Source of the DNA: Octopus vulgaris
Taxonomy: Eukaryota
DNA length: 64,000 nucleotides
Assembly: GCA_951406725.2 (NCBI GenBank)
Contig: OX597825.1
Span: forward strand, 87,854,001 to 87,918,000
Direction of reading: 5' to 3'
The notes under the pieces were generated by a model that did not search any database, was not told the DNA's origin, and saw nothing but the letters and a program-made list of their open reading frames with translations. Below are positions 1 to 12,952 of this stretch, in pieces; position 1 is the stretch's first letter; every line of letters begins with the position of its first letter. The translations under genes were made by a program, and so were the position numbers.

Positions 1-150
1 CACGCTGGGCAAAATGATTAGCAATCCTTTTTACGTCCTGAGTCAAACTTCGATGTTGACTTTGCCATTCATTATTTAGGGGTTGATAAAATAAGTACCA
101 GTTAAACAGTGAGGTCGATACAATCAACTTGCCTCCCCGCTGCCGAAATA
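1..150 (+). mobile_element. Truncated tRNA-derived SINE, family A
   Basis: Contains GACTTTGCCATTCAT..GGGGTTGATAAAATAAGTACCAG, matching the central domain of the full copy at 1580-1811. Confidence 0.75.
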
Positions 151-191
151 TTTTCGGCTTTCAAACTTATAATATATGTATGTACATACAC

Positions 192-236
<45 letters not shown>

Positions 237-710
237 CCTCTGTATGTGAGTGTGTGTTTGCGAACATAAATACAGCATCAGTGTCTGATTGAAATATCTT
301 CGGCGATTATAAAAGTAAATATTTTCACTGATTCACTATATTTCGCATCAATAATTCTTTCACGGACACTTAGTAATTAATCCCTTTAGGATTATACACT
401 TTTATGTATTAAAATATTTTATTGGAAAGTAATATATTCTATCTGGTGGAACACCGTTTCCCTATCCCCATCTTGTCTTTTACAATTTGCAGATTTTCGT
501 TATCAATACGTTTTATCAAATATATTACTGCTGGCCATTTTTCCGTACTTAATAAATCAATGTTCACTTATCAGTTTTATATGAGTGAATATTGCGGTGC
601 CATCTCAATAAATCTGTTTGTTTTCTCTGTGTTCATCAAAATAATAGAACACAAATGGGATTACATATTGTAAATTATCCTTTTAACTGTATACATAGAC
701 ACAAACATTT

Positions 711-744
<34 letters not shown>

Positions 745-856
745 TATATATATGTATACATAAATACATATACATTCACATATATTTTTATGTATATGTG
801 TGGGTATATATGTGTGTATATATATCTAAATATATATATATATGTAAATGTATATT

Positions 857-923
<67 letters not shown>

Positions 924-1579
924 GTATTTTATTCGCTTCCAGGATTTTTCATGTTACTTGAACATATTTAAAAATTCCTCCCGATTCTGTTAAATACCAT
1001 TTTTTTAAATGTCATTATTCGCACGATCCCTTTGTTATGGTTGAATGGATCATGTTGTGTTCCGTGCAGAGATACATGACAACCTATAATCATCCCTAAC
1101 AAACCAGGTAAATGCATCACCAATATGGTTATAATTAACTTCACACTAAAACCAATGATAAAACACAAAAACACTAAAATTTTCAAAACAACATTTTATT
1201 GGCAACTAACCTCTTTCAGGTAAAGTTTTCAAAATACTTCCAGTTATGGAATATTATTTACCAATTTGATTCTGATGCTGAAAGTTTTGAAGTGGAAGCC
1301 CGGAAGTTTATATGACACCCATTCACTGTTACAAATTTCCATATAAACATGGAATACGAAGGAAAAGTAAAACTTTGAGCAACGAAACAACGATTTCACA
1401 GTAAAGAAAATGATTATAAAGCTCAGAATATATAGCTCGTTAAATGTAAGTGTGAATGTTGAAAGAGCACAGAGAAGAGGGCGCTGATGCTAAGTCAATA
1501 AATAATGAAAATAATCACATGGCTGAGAACATCATATCTTACATTGTTCAGCGAGAGGTTAATGGTATGAGAGGTTAAT

Positions 1580-1811
1580 GGCGGCGAGCTGGCAGAAACG
1601 TTAGCACGCCGGGGGAAATGCGAAGCCGTATTTCGTCTGCCGTTACGTTCTGAGTTCAAATTCCGCGGAGGTCGACTCTGCCTTTCATCCTTTCGGGATC
1701 GATAAATTAAGTACCAGTTACGGACTGGGGTCGATGTAATAGAATTAATCCCTTTGTCTGTCCTTGTTTGTCCTCTCTGTGTTCAACCCCTTGTGGGTAG
1801 TAAAGAAATAG
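1580..1811 (+). mobile_element. Full-length tRNA-derived SINE, family A (central domain resembles the MetaSINE domain)
   Basis: GGCGGCGAGCTGGCAGAA head, B-box-like GAGTTCAAATTCC, central GCCTTTCATCCTTTCGGGATCGATAAATTAAGTACCAG, tail ending AAGAAATA. More than 10 related copies in the window. Confidence 0.9.
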
Positions 1812-2249
1812 ATATGAAGATGTATACGTTAACATTTGTAACGTTATTCTTCCCGAAAAGGTGCAGGAAATGCCTTAATGTTATACGTGACAAAAAAAAT
1901 GATTTAAAATATATGTTTATATACATACACATACATACCTACACGTTTATACATACATGTACATTTCAGCAAACACAGACACACACATTCACGAGCACAT
2001 ACGAACATACACTGTTAGGCTTTCTAACCCAACACTCCCTTCCTCACACACATACACACACGCACGCGTGTGCAACACTCATTTCTCCTTTGCAGACACA
2101 TGCACTTTCACACACGAAAACACATGTGCACGCGCACACACGTACACACACACACACATACATACATACATACACAAGCACACGCTTACAAACACCAATA
2201 TTCACTCCCCTGTCGTTATAAAAAAATATAGTCAGTCATAAATTAGTTT

Positions 2250-2842
2250 ATTTTCTTCTCTAGGCACAAGGCCTGACATTTTTGGGGAGGGAGCCAGTCG
2301 ATTAGATCGACTCCAGCACGCAGCTGGTTCTTAATTTATCAACCCTCAAAGGATGAATGGCAAAGTCGACCATGGCGGAATTTGAACTCAGAAAGTAGCG
2401 GCAGACGAAATACCTATTTCTTGACTACCCACACAGAGAGGACAAACAAGGACAGGCAAAGGGATTAAGTCGATTACAGTGCGTAACTGGTACTTATTTA
2501 ATCGACCACGAAATGATGAAAGGCATAGTCGACATCGGTTGAATTTGAACTCAGAACGTAACGGCAGACGAAATACCGCTAAGCATTTCGCCCGGCGAGC
2601 AAACGTTTCTTATTTCTTTACTACCCACAAAGGGCTAAGCTCAGAGGGGACAAACAAGGACAGACAAACGAATTAAGTCTATCATATAGACACTAGTTCG
2701 TAACTGGTACTTAATGTATCGACCTCGAAAGAATGAAAGCCAAAGTCGACCTCGGCAGAATTTGAACTCAGAACGTAACGGCAAACAAAAATACGGCTAC
2801 GCATTTCACCCGGCCTGCTAACGTTTCTGCCAGCTCGCCGCC
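2250..2842 (-). mobile_element. Head-to-tail trimer of SINE family A
   Basis: Three units on the minus strand (2611-2842, 2415-2610, ~2250-2414), each with the central domain. Confidence 0.9.
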
Positions 2843-3604
2843 GAGATTAATACAAATAACGACAATGAAGACATACCCATGTGAAAATACGAATGGTGAT
2901 GTGCAAAAAATAGTAGACCGTTTATTATGGGACCAGAGAAGTGAAATAATACACACACACACACGCACACACACACATACACACACACATATATACATAT
3001 ACACACTCACACACACACAAACACACAAATGCAAGGTTAAGCGGGGTTAATAAACTAAATAAATTAAAATAATAAAGTTATTGATTAGTAGGAAGGTAAA
3101 GGAGAATTATATGAGAATTAAGGTAAAACAGACAGAAGAAATTGTGCTGCGATGAGCTTCCATAGATTCGGATAGAAGAAGAGAAAAACTAGACGCAGAG
3201 AACGCAACAACATATATTAAAATTATTTAGGGAAGTTTGGAATAAAAATAAGATAGAAGATAGTTGAAGGAAACAAATATTATATGTACTATTTAGATAT
3301 TAATTATAGAAATCAACATATTTATATGAACTAATTATCCCACAAAACCATGTACACACTTATATTGGTATATATAAAAAATATATATATGCACATACGT
3401 ACAGACATACACACATATATACATACTTATGCATAAACATATGCAGAGACACATACCTACACAAATATCGAACATCGAAGAAAAAACGAAGTGAAAATTA
3501 TACATATCATAAGTTATTTTACCTGTTTAAAATAAGTTCTATTAATAGTTATGTATATACACACGCAAACACACACATATATCTGAATACATACGCAAAA
3601 TTAC

Positions 3605-3639
<35 letters not shown>

Positions 3640-3788
3640 TATATATACATACATAAATAAACAGACATATATATACACATTATTAAACATATAAATAGAT
3701 ACTCACACATACAACTTTATATGCATATATATATACACAACATAAGCACATACACACACACATAAGAAACTGAAACGTATACAATCGC

Positions 3789-3846
<58 letters not shown>

Positions 3847-4032
3847 CATATGTCAATACATACACACAAACATTAACAGGTAAAGAAATATCCATAAATA
3901 AAAAAATATAAAGATATAGATAGAGAAAAATTAAAGCAAAAATATATAGAAACATATACAGAAAAAAAGGATATATAAATATTTGGACATAAATAAAGAA
4001 AAAAACATAAGCATATATATATATACACACAC

Positions 4033-4074
<42 letters not shown>

Positions 4075-4095
4075 ATATATATATATAAGTTCAGC

Positions 4096-4735
4096 AAAAT
4101 TTTGATTCAGATGAATATGGTACTTAAGTTAAAGGCACCAGAATTTTGTATGGTATTATCCATATAAATCAAATGGGGTGATTATAATCAAAATAAGCAA
4201 CAAGGATATCCAAGGTAGAGTAGTACAATTGTTTCATGCTACTTCATTTTATGAAACACTGTAAGTATTACATCAGTTTTAAAATGTCGCGCAATCTTCA
4301 GCCACATATATAATTTTCCAATTAAACGGACAATGCACATTCTTATCCCTATTTCATTTGCCAACATTATAAAGAGGGTAGAGATATAGACAAAGAGGTT
4401 GATTTCATTCTTAAGAACATGATAGGAATATGTTCACTCTCCGTCTGCAGATTTTGTCATTTAGTTCACTTTGTTGTTTAGATCTGTCACTGGGGAGCGG
4501 GCTTTATTCTTGGTTGAATGGAGACAAACAATATTTTTTTTTCTATTTATAGATATAGGAAGGGGTAGTACACATTTCAAAACCTTAAACCCATCCTCAT
4601 TCAGTTTAGATACATTTGAATGTTTTTTAGCAAAAAGGTAGTAGGTTGAAGTTAGAAAGGTGCGGGGTACAGAGACTGCTAATGCTCTAGAGGTTTTCAA
4701 TGTCCCTTACCATTTAATAGCCAGATTCTATATTA
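4096..4735 (-). mobile_element. PLE-type relic with hammerhead; homologous to 62516-63120
   Basis: 4096-4310 aligns by eye to 62516-62725. Minus strand has a weak frameshifted LN..SEL..K.CR motif like a PLE endonuclease C-terminus. Right boundary approximate. Confidence 0.65.
4220..4305 (-). ncRNA. Type I hammerhead ribozyme motif with extended helix II
   Basis: Minus strand: GTGG CTGAAGA TTGC..(hairpin)..GCAT GAAA CAATTG TA CTAC. Confidence 0.75.
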
Positions 4736-5929
4736 ATTATTGTCTGTTTATGTCTGTATTTCTGTATGTCTGTCTGTCTACCAAATTTTGTGTATATCTG
4801 TATAGCCATAGATATACATGAATATGGATATCTTTAAATATGGATATCTTTGACAAACACACTCGCGCATACAGACACACACACACACACATACACACAC
4901 ACACATACACACAGGTACAAAATCAGAAATTTTCCATATACTTAAAAGTAAAATGAAAAACAAAGTATATTTCATAAAGACAAATGCAACGAGAACCATT
5001 AACGCAACTGATTAGGTAAATATTTATTTTGCAGTAATGTATCTAAATGGATACAACAGCTAAAACATATTTCCATTTAAAATTATTAAAAATGTAATAT
5101 TGAAATGATGTATTGAGTTCTGCACATTTTAGTTATTATTGGCTCAGTTTCACGAAGCCGCCATCGAGTTCTGCTAGTAATCTGTGAATAATATAGAGAA
5201 TTTAGAGATACATAGTTCTGTTGGTATATAATGTGTCTACATTCCGATATGTAAGGAATAAGTGTTCATCATAAATTCCCCCAAATTATATAGCGATGTG
5301 GCTTTCTGGATAACATTGATGAGCTGTGTTACTTTTATGCATATTTTCTCTCCACGCAGACAACATCTAGTTTCGATAAGACTAATATCTAGACTTTTAC
5401 TTATTCATAAACCACGCTGTATGTATATTTTGGTAACCATTCGTCCAAAAGAGTAGTTCAAGTAAGATCAGTCAGACGCGCATCGTTTTAACGTTTTAAG
5501 TATAAGCCTTGCACATCTACTATGGTCAGGTGGGCAGTCAGGTGACCAATATCAGAGAAATGCGTAAATAACAATGAAATTTCACTCCATATTACAGGTA
5601 GAAAGTTTTTCCACAACGCTGCTACATAGATTTGCGATATGATGCCTTATATTTGTTAATTTACAAACTACACAAGATATTATTTTCTATCGTCAATATT
5701 ACACCATTGGGCAATTCAGCTGTGTCACAATAAGCGGCTACTTGCGAGGCGGAGGTTAGCGAATGTTGCTGAATAAACAGACGCATGTATATATGTATCT
5801 ATGTATGTATGCACACATATATGCATATACATATGTCTACATATATATTTGTATATATATATATGTACTAATATGTACACATGTATAGAAATATATTTGT
5901 ATATATAAATATGTGCGTGTTTGTGTGTG

Positions 5930-5964
<35 letters not shown>

Positions 5965-5984
5965 TTATGTGTGTGTTAAATACA

Positions 5985-6135
5985 ATGAAACGACAAAGCC
6001 AAGGTCATGTTGAATATTCAGGACATTTATAAAAAGAGAAAGTTAGTCTTACAACTGTTTCTAGGATGTTAGGAATATTCTCTCGTGAGAGACGATGTGA
6101 AATGGTTACACAGAGGGAAATAACAGAGTTTAATC
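5985..6135 (-). mobile_element. PLE-type tail with decayed hammerhead (6046-6093)
   Basis: Minus strand: GTCT CTCACGA G AGAATATT cct AACATCCT A GAAA CAGTTG TA AGAC. Same family as 21780-21840; core G5 is mutated. Confidence 0.65.
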
Positions 6136-6184
6136 CAAACAGTTATTTTGGAAAAAGATGGCAATAAAAGAATAAAAGTAAGGT

Positions 6185-6489
6185 ACACTGCGACGTAATT
6201 TCTTTTCCTCGACAGGCCCTGCGCTCTTTAACATTGTCCCGAAAGAGATCAAACAGGAAACGGATCCCATCACCTTTAAACGGGGCCTGGAAAGATTTCT
6301 ACAAGGAATACCGGATAAGCCACCCACACCTGGATAGAACTCACTCAACATAGAACTCACTACTTGAATGGACCATAAACAAAACTTCACTAAAAACAGG
6401 AGTTAGATAATCATATCGGGTGGTGCTATTAAGTTAGACATGGCCTGGACCAATCTTTGGTCGAAATATATCTAAGTTTATCTCAGTTA
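6185..6489 (+). mobile_element. 3' end of a CR1-like LINE
   Basis: Translates TLRRNFFSSTGPALFNIVPKEIKQETDPITFKRGLERFLQGIPDKPPTPG*, a typical CR1-group ORF2 C-terminus; short tandem tail TATCTAAGTT/TATCTCAGTT. Confidence 0.8.
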
Positions 6490-6509
6490 CATATGGATAT
6501 ATGTATATG

Positions 6510-6619
<110 letters not shown>

Positions 6620-6733
6620 GATGTTATAGTTGCTAATCCATTATCATTTGAATATGTATGAGCATGTCAAGATACGCAAATATATGCATGAGACTACATA
6701 TATAAAGCAAAACTTACAAATCTGCACACGTAT

Positions 6734-6813
<80 letters not shown>

Positions 6814-6962
6814 ATACATACAAATATACCCTGCTGTTGATGTTGAAATCCCTATAAAGGAGCCTTGTATCAAGGTTAGAAACCGGTTCCTTCTCTACAG
6901 GCAACAAATCTTAAAATAAAACTGAACAATGACATACAATCATATATATATATATATATATA

Positions 6963-6998
<36 letters not shown>

Positions 6999-7211
6999 TA
7001 TATATATATATATATATTTATATGTAAGTATATATATATATATATATATGTAAGTATATATATATTTGTATATATATTTATGATATATGCATGTGTGTGT
7101 ATCTTTGCATATTTATATATGTAAGTATATATCTATCTATCTATATCTCTCTCTCTCTATATATATATATACACACACGCACACACACATATATATGTAT
7201 GTGTGTGTATG

Positions 7212-7244
<33 letters not shown>

Positions 7245-8702
7245 GCACGCATATATATATACACACGCAAGCAAGCGCAGAAACACGCACACACACACAC
7301 ACACATGTACATATAGTGCATGCACCACTTTTGTATGTTCTGCACTTTATAGTCAGTTAATTCGCTAAATAAATCACGAATAAAAAGAAAAGTAACACAC
7401 GAGCTACTCTCAATAACAAAGCCGTGCCACCACCGTTGATATAACTGTTGGAAAAGCCTTTCTTTTTTGCACATAAAACGAAATATCTATTACCTTTGAA
7501 GTAGATATTATTTAAATTTCTAAATGAAACTTGTAAAGTAGACATATAACGAAATGGGCAGATGGAAATCGATAAGTGGTGAAGACTCAAAACTGTACTG
7601 AATGCAAAACACATAAACCTCAATATGGTTGAAATACTTTGCTCTGTTAAGCAACATATTTTCGTTTATGAATTTCAATTGCTACCAATAGAAATAGATT
7701 TCGTTATGTTTATTCTGTGAGAGATTAAATATATTAAATATGAACATGCATTTCTCTTTGAAAGTATCGTGTTTCTTTATTGAATTTTCTAAATTGAAAG
7801 TAACTATTCCCGATTCGATGTTAATGGATCCTATTGAGGTAAACATCTGCTGGTTGCAATAACACACCATATAAAATTCCCCTATGATATAACTTCTGCT
7901 TTGTGGATCAGAAAATATAATGCCTTATACCACTTGTTTCACCGTTCTATTTTCGCTCTAGGTTATTAGGTTTTGCGTCTGTATCAATTTACTGTACCCT
8001 ACACAGAAATCCGCTGCCTACAGGACGACTAAGTTTCAAGCATCAAAAATCCTAATGTAATTTACTTCTACTCTAATGCGTGCATCGGAGATTTCGTATT
8101 TAAGAAAGGAAGCAGAAATCAATATCAATGTGTGATTTTTAGTCTATCGATTGTGCTTTTTAACATGTGTTAACCGAAAATACATTCTAATAAATATTTA
8201 CATGTTTGTTATCAAAATGTGATTAACGTATTTTTTTTTACATATTTACAAAAATTTTTAAGAGTTCTCGAAATAATTTTTAAAGTGGAAATGCATTAAA
8301 TTTATGTTTAGCTGTTTCGGATATTGATTTACAACAGACTACAAACTCATAATCACACAATATGTCACTAAGTGTTGAAACGAAAATTTCCGTGAATTAA
8401 ACTTAAACTTTCTTGTATTCATATCTCTCCTTTCATTTCTTGAGTCGCTAATAATTGCCTCGAGTAACTAACAAATTTCAATTCATCGAATGATTTGGGG
8501 CCTACATCCATCACCTACACGATTATATAATTTTATCGAGAAGGGTATTTTACATCTAAACGATTTACGGTAACGATTAATCATTCGAACTCCAAAAACC
8601 CAACTTCAATTCATTTCCCCACCTAGTCATATATATATATATATATATATGAAAAAACAAGTCAAGATAGAAAATGCTAAAATAATTTTATAAATAACAT
8701 TT

Positions 8703-8740
8703 CAGTACCGGTTTCGGTCATTTTGAGACCTTTTCAACTG
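8703..8740 (-). ncRNA. Minimal type I hammerhead motif, U3-A8 core variant
   Basis: Minus strand: CAG TTGAAAA GGTC tcaaaat GACC GAAA CCGG TA CTG. Confidence 0.7.
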
Positions 8741-9257
8741 TAACGATTAAATAATTAAATTTAGAAAAATTAAAACAATTTTTTTTTAAAAAGAATATTT
8801 GTATAGTGTTCGATATAAGTGGCATTTTCCTTGTTTCTGCCTTGCTCTGTCTCTCTTGTTTACACTTGTGTGTTCGAGGTTGTTGTGAATTCTTGGTAGG
8901 GAAGAAAAACAAGAAGAAGAAGGATGAGGAGAAGGAGGGTGGATTTGGGGAGTGCCTTGATTGTCGTATTTTGAGTGGTCAGTGGTGGCTAGCAGTTGCT
9001 GTTCAATTCATGAGAATATTTCTATTGAAAGATTTGTTTATAGAATTTGCGTAGGTGTTATACTGCTGAGATTCTCCTTTGTTACAAATACAGAAAATTC
9101 TAGTGTCATTCTTTAGATAATTTCATTGTGTCTCCTCGATAGTTAGAGAAGCTTTGGAACTTGTGCGATGTTCTCTTCTTTCCAATTCCTGACTAAGCAT
9201 CATCAAAGGCATAACGGTATACATCTTAATGCACAAATGATTTTTCATTTATTTCAT

Positions 9258-9765
9258 ATTTTGGCACAAGGTCAATAATTTGAGGGGAGGGGTAAGCCGA
9301 TTATATCCCACCCAGTGCTCAGCTGGTAATTCTTTTATCAACCCCTGAATATATGAAAGGCAAAGTTGAACGGAATGGAATTTGAACATAGAACGTAAAT
9401 GCAGACGAAATGCCGCTGTTTTGTCCGCCGTTCTGACGATTCTGGTCGCTTGCCGCTTTAAACTTTACAAACAATGGTTTCAAATTTTGGCACAAGTACC
9501 CGCAAAAGCAGATCTTTTGGGGCTAGGGACTAAGTCGGTTAGATTGATCCCAAGGCCCAGTTGGTATTTACTTTTTCGACCCCAATAAATGAAAGGCGAA
9601 ATCCATCTCGGTGGAAGTTGAACTCAATATGTAAAGACTGACGAAATGCCGCTAAGCATTTTTTGTCCGGCGTGCTAACGATTACATCGACCCCAGTGCA
9701 TTGCTGGTACTTATTTTCTCGATGAAAGGCAACGTTGACGTCTGCGGAATTTGAACTCACAACGT
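9258..9765 (-). mobile_element. Cluster of three diverged SINE family A units
   Basis: Units at about 9258-9459, 9476-9681 and 9682-9765, each with TGAAAGGC and GAA(T/G)TTGAAC motifs. Confidence 0.8.
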
Positions 9766-9882
9766 ACCACTTGAACGCTGATGTCGACGTAAAATACACA
9801 TTAGAAGTCAGCCATTTCCTTCTCTCTCTGGAAAAGCAGGAAAGAAGTTCCTGGTTTAGCAGCAGTATACTGTTTACACTCG

Positions 9883-9929
<47 letters not shown>

Positions 9930-11004
9930 GCACACACACACACTGGCACACGTATATATTAAACAGAAACATAACGTATATGTGTGTGTTTGTGTACTTG
10001 TGTGAGTTTGCCTCTGTGTGGGGGTGTAAATATACTAAGATTTATTATGTATATACATAAGCATATATGGTAAATATACTATATATATATATATTATATA
10101 CTATATATACGTACACATACACACACACACTTATATATATGTTTCAATGCACACAAACGTACAAACACATGCGCATATCTGCACCGTTGCCTCTCCACAC
10201 CTTATTCTCACATTCTTTTATTTTTGATGTTTCCACATACACAACGAACAATATTTTTTGTGTAAAAGTGTTCTGCGATAGTAGTATTATGTATAATAAG
10301 TGTAGAGGTAATGTTATTATTGACAACTTATTGATTTTTGTTCTCCGTGTCTATATATATATAGTGTACAAATATAATGTGTAATATATATATATATATC
10401 TATTTATATATATGTATATACATACATACACGTGCCGTGAAATTCTTCTCATATCTATATAGTTGATAATAAAGTCCAAATTTAATTTCAATTTAAAAAC
10501 AGTGAAGTTATGAAGTCTATAGTGTCGAGTATGTTTCTATGAGTAAAAAAAGCCTGAGATGCTGGAAGGGGAAAACGTATTATCAATTGAGTTATGCTAC
10601 TTATGAATTATCTTTTCATTAAATTTTTTATATGTTTCTTCTCGAGTAACGAAAATTATTTTTCTTATATCTTTCGTTTTTATCTCTAATTCTTCACATC
10701 TTTAATCCTGTGAAGATTCAATGTTTTCCTACTCCAGTTACTCACACGTATATTCACTTATAAACTAAAATGCAGGGATAAAATAAAAAAATTAAAGAGA
10801 TTTAATTGATTGTCTGAAGTAAACAATGTATACAGTATAACCCTGAGAAGTTATAGCCCACATAATTACATCGGTAATAAAACTATCACTGTAAGTGGTG
10901 CACATCAAACAACCATATCTAGGGCAAAATAGAAACACAGCAAAGGCAATGAACTGAAATACCCTGATGATAAAACCATTATATCTATTTCTTTACCTAT
11001 CTTG

Positions 11005-11212
11005 TCTGACCATCACCATGACTGACCGCTAGCTACTAAGGCTTTCTCTTTTGTCTATTCTCTCTCTGTTTTTCATTTTCTCGTGTTCCTTTCTATTGAA
11101 GAGCGTAGACTCGAAACGTAAAAGGCTTTCTCACCTTCCCGAGGGTTAAACTAATACACCTGTTTGTTGTTTACACACTTGACTTCGTCTTTTGTTTTTT
11201 GTTAATTCCAAC
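11005..11212 (+). mobile_element. PLE-type tail with hammerhead-like motif (11088-11125)
   Basis: CCTTT CTATTGAA GAG cgtaga CTC GAAA CG TA AAAGG: HHR topology with a non-canonical core. Confidence 0.5.
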
Positions 11213-11534
11213 CATCTATCTATCTGTCTACCTGTCTGTCTGTCTATCTACCTGTCTGTCTGTCTATCAGTCTGTGTATCTATCTATATTAACGTCTGTT
11301 TTATGTTCACTTACCATATGCACAGTTTTACATTAATCTCGTGTTATTCTCTACTTTTTTGAGTACCAATTTATTATTCTTAAACTAAACAAGATTATTA
11401 TTGAAAGTGATTTTGAAGTTTCTGTCAGTTAAGTTTCACACGCATAAACACCCCACACACCCCCACACACCCCCACACACAGTGGTTAGGATGTTGCCCT
11501 CACGATCGCGTCAGCCCAAACAACAGCGGCGCCT

Positions 11535-12160
11535 GTGCAACAACAGATAATCTTTCAGGATTCCAGAAGGACGCCTCAAGATGAAAAGACTCCATACAAT
11601 ATCAAATGGAGGATTTTACAGCGGCCGGGATCCTACATTGACGGGAGCGAGCGTTGCAAGTTTCGTATTGTTGAGCAAGCAAGGACACTCAAAGATAGCC
11701 TGAAGCCTGAGTCACTGAACACTCTCCAGGAAATTTACATTCTTAGCATCCATTTCAAACTCTACCTACTACAAACATGGGATCCCCCGTTGTTTGATTA
11801 GACTTGGGAGGAATCGTTATGATCTCGAAGAGGTCTGCGGCCCCGATGGAATAAGTCCTCGGTTCCCCCTCCTTCGGCCTAGATGGAGTGATCTAAGGGA
11901 GATAACCCGTCCTCGCTGAGCCCGGAATATTTATTCTTTGGTGACTTACTGACCAAATGAAATGACCCTAACAGATCTCTGTCTCCCAGAGGTGGGGAGT
12001 TGCATTTGTCTTCGCTTTTAAAGTCTGACGGAACGTCCATTGGGCCTAAGCCCTCTGTGGATGCGAATACATTGGTCAGTCTATGACCGGACATACACTT
12101 AGCTACGTATAAATACATTACTGCTCTATGCTTTGGATTGTGCTTCTTTTTCGGATATAT
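11535..12160 (+). mobile_element. Penelope-like element relic, GIY-YIG endonuclease C-terminal part plus 3' region
   Basis: ORF 11535-11801 contains PYNIKWRILQR..SY....RC....E..........LN..QE......H...LL, matching the PLE I.W.IL..A..Y...C.LC..E..I...LN.R.E...C.H pattern. Confidence 0.75.
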
Positions 12161-12171
12161 CATACATTGAC

Positions 12172-12205
<34 letters not shown>

Positions 12206-12746
12206 TGTGTGTGTGTGTGTGTGCGTATGTGTGTGTGTGTGTTTAGGTATATGAAGCTGGAGGTTTTCAGTCTTAATAAAATTTGTGTATTTTGAAAGTA
12301 AAATAAAAACTAAGGAAATGGATTGGTTGCATTATTTTCTCTAATCATAACGGGAACCAAAAGGCAAACATGTGGTCTGTGAACACGATTCCACAGTGTA
12401 ACCGCTACATGTGAATGTTGTCATATTTTCCATGTGTATTGACTCGTACTTTATTGAAGTTTGTTAACCTCCACCACAAATTCCATCGCTCATTGCTATG
12501 TAGCTGTTTTTTTCAAACTTTGCACTCTTAATTAATCTTGACATATTAAACTTTTTGATTAGCAAGATTTTGCTATTTCCTGTACAAATTTTCATTAAAG
12601 AATCAACCTGCTGTTAAGTTATTTTTTTATATCTGTATTTTGTTTAAATGAATCTCTTTCATTTTCTCTTCTTTAGCAATGTGCTCAGAAAAATATGATG
12701 AAAATACCGTTTTCCTTCCTTAATATGTCTAAAGGACATAAAGCTA

Positions 12747-12952
12747 CGAGCTGGTAGAATTGTTTTTATGCCCGAAAACATACCTAGCGGCGTTTTGTCC
12801 GTTTATACGTTCTGTGTTAAAATTCCGCCGCGGTCAACTTTTCCTTTTATCTTTCCGGAATCAAAAAATAAATCCTGGTTGAACACTGGGGTCGATGTAA
12901 GCGGCTTATCCACCTCCCCGAAATTGCTGGCCTCGAGCCAAAATTTGAAACC
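12747..12952 (+). mobile_element. Diverged SINE family A
   Basis: CGAGCTGGTAGAA head, AAATTCCGCC, CACTGGGGTCGATGTAA. Confidence 0.8.

Noticed and set aside
1553-1581. Direct repeat GAGAGGTTAATGG before the SINE as a TSD
   Set aside because: Both copies are on the same side of the element; a local tandem duplication.
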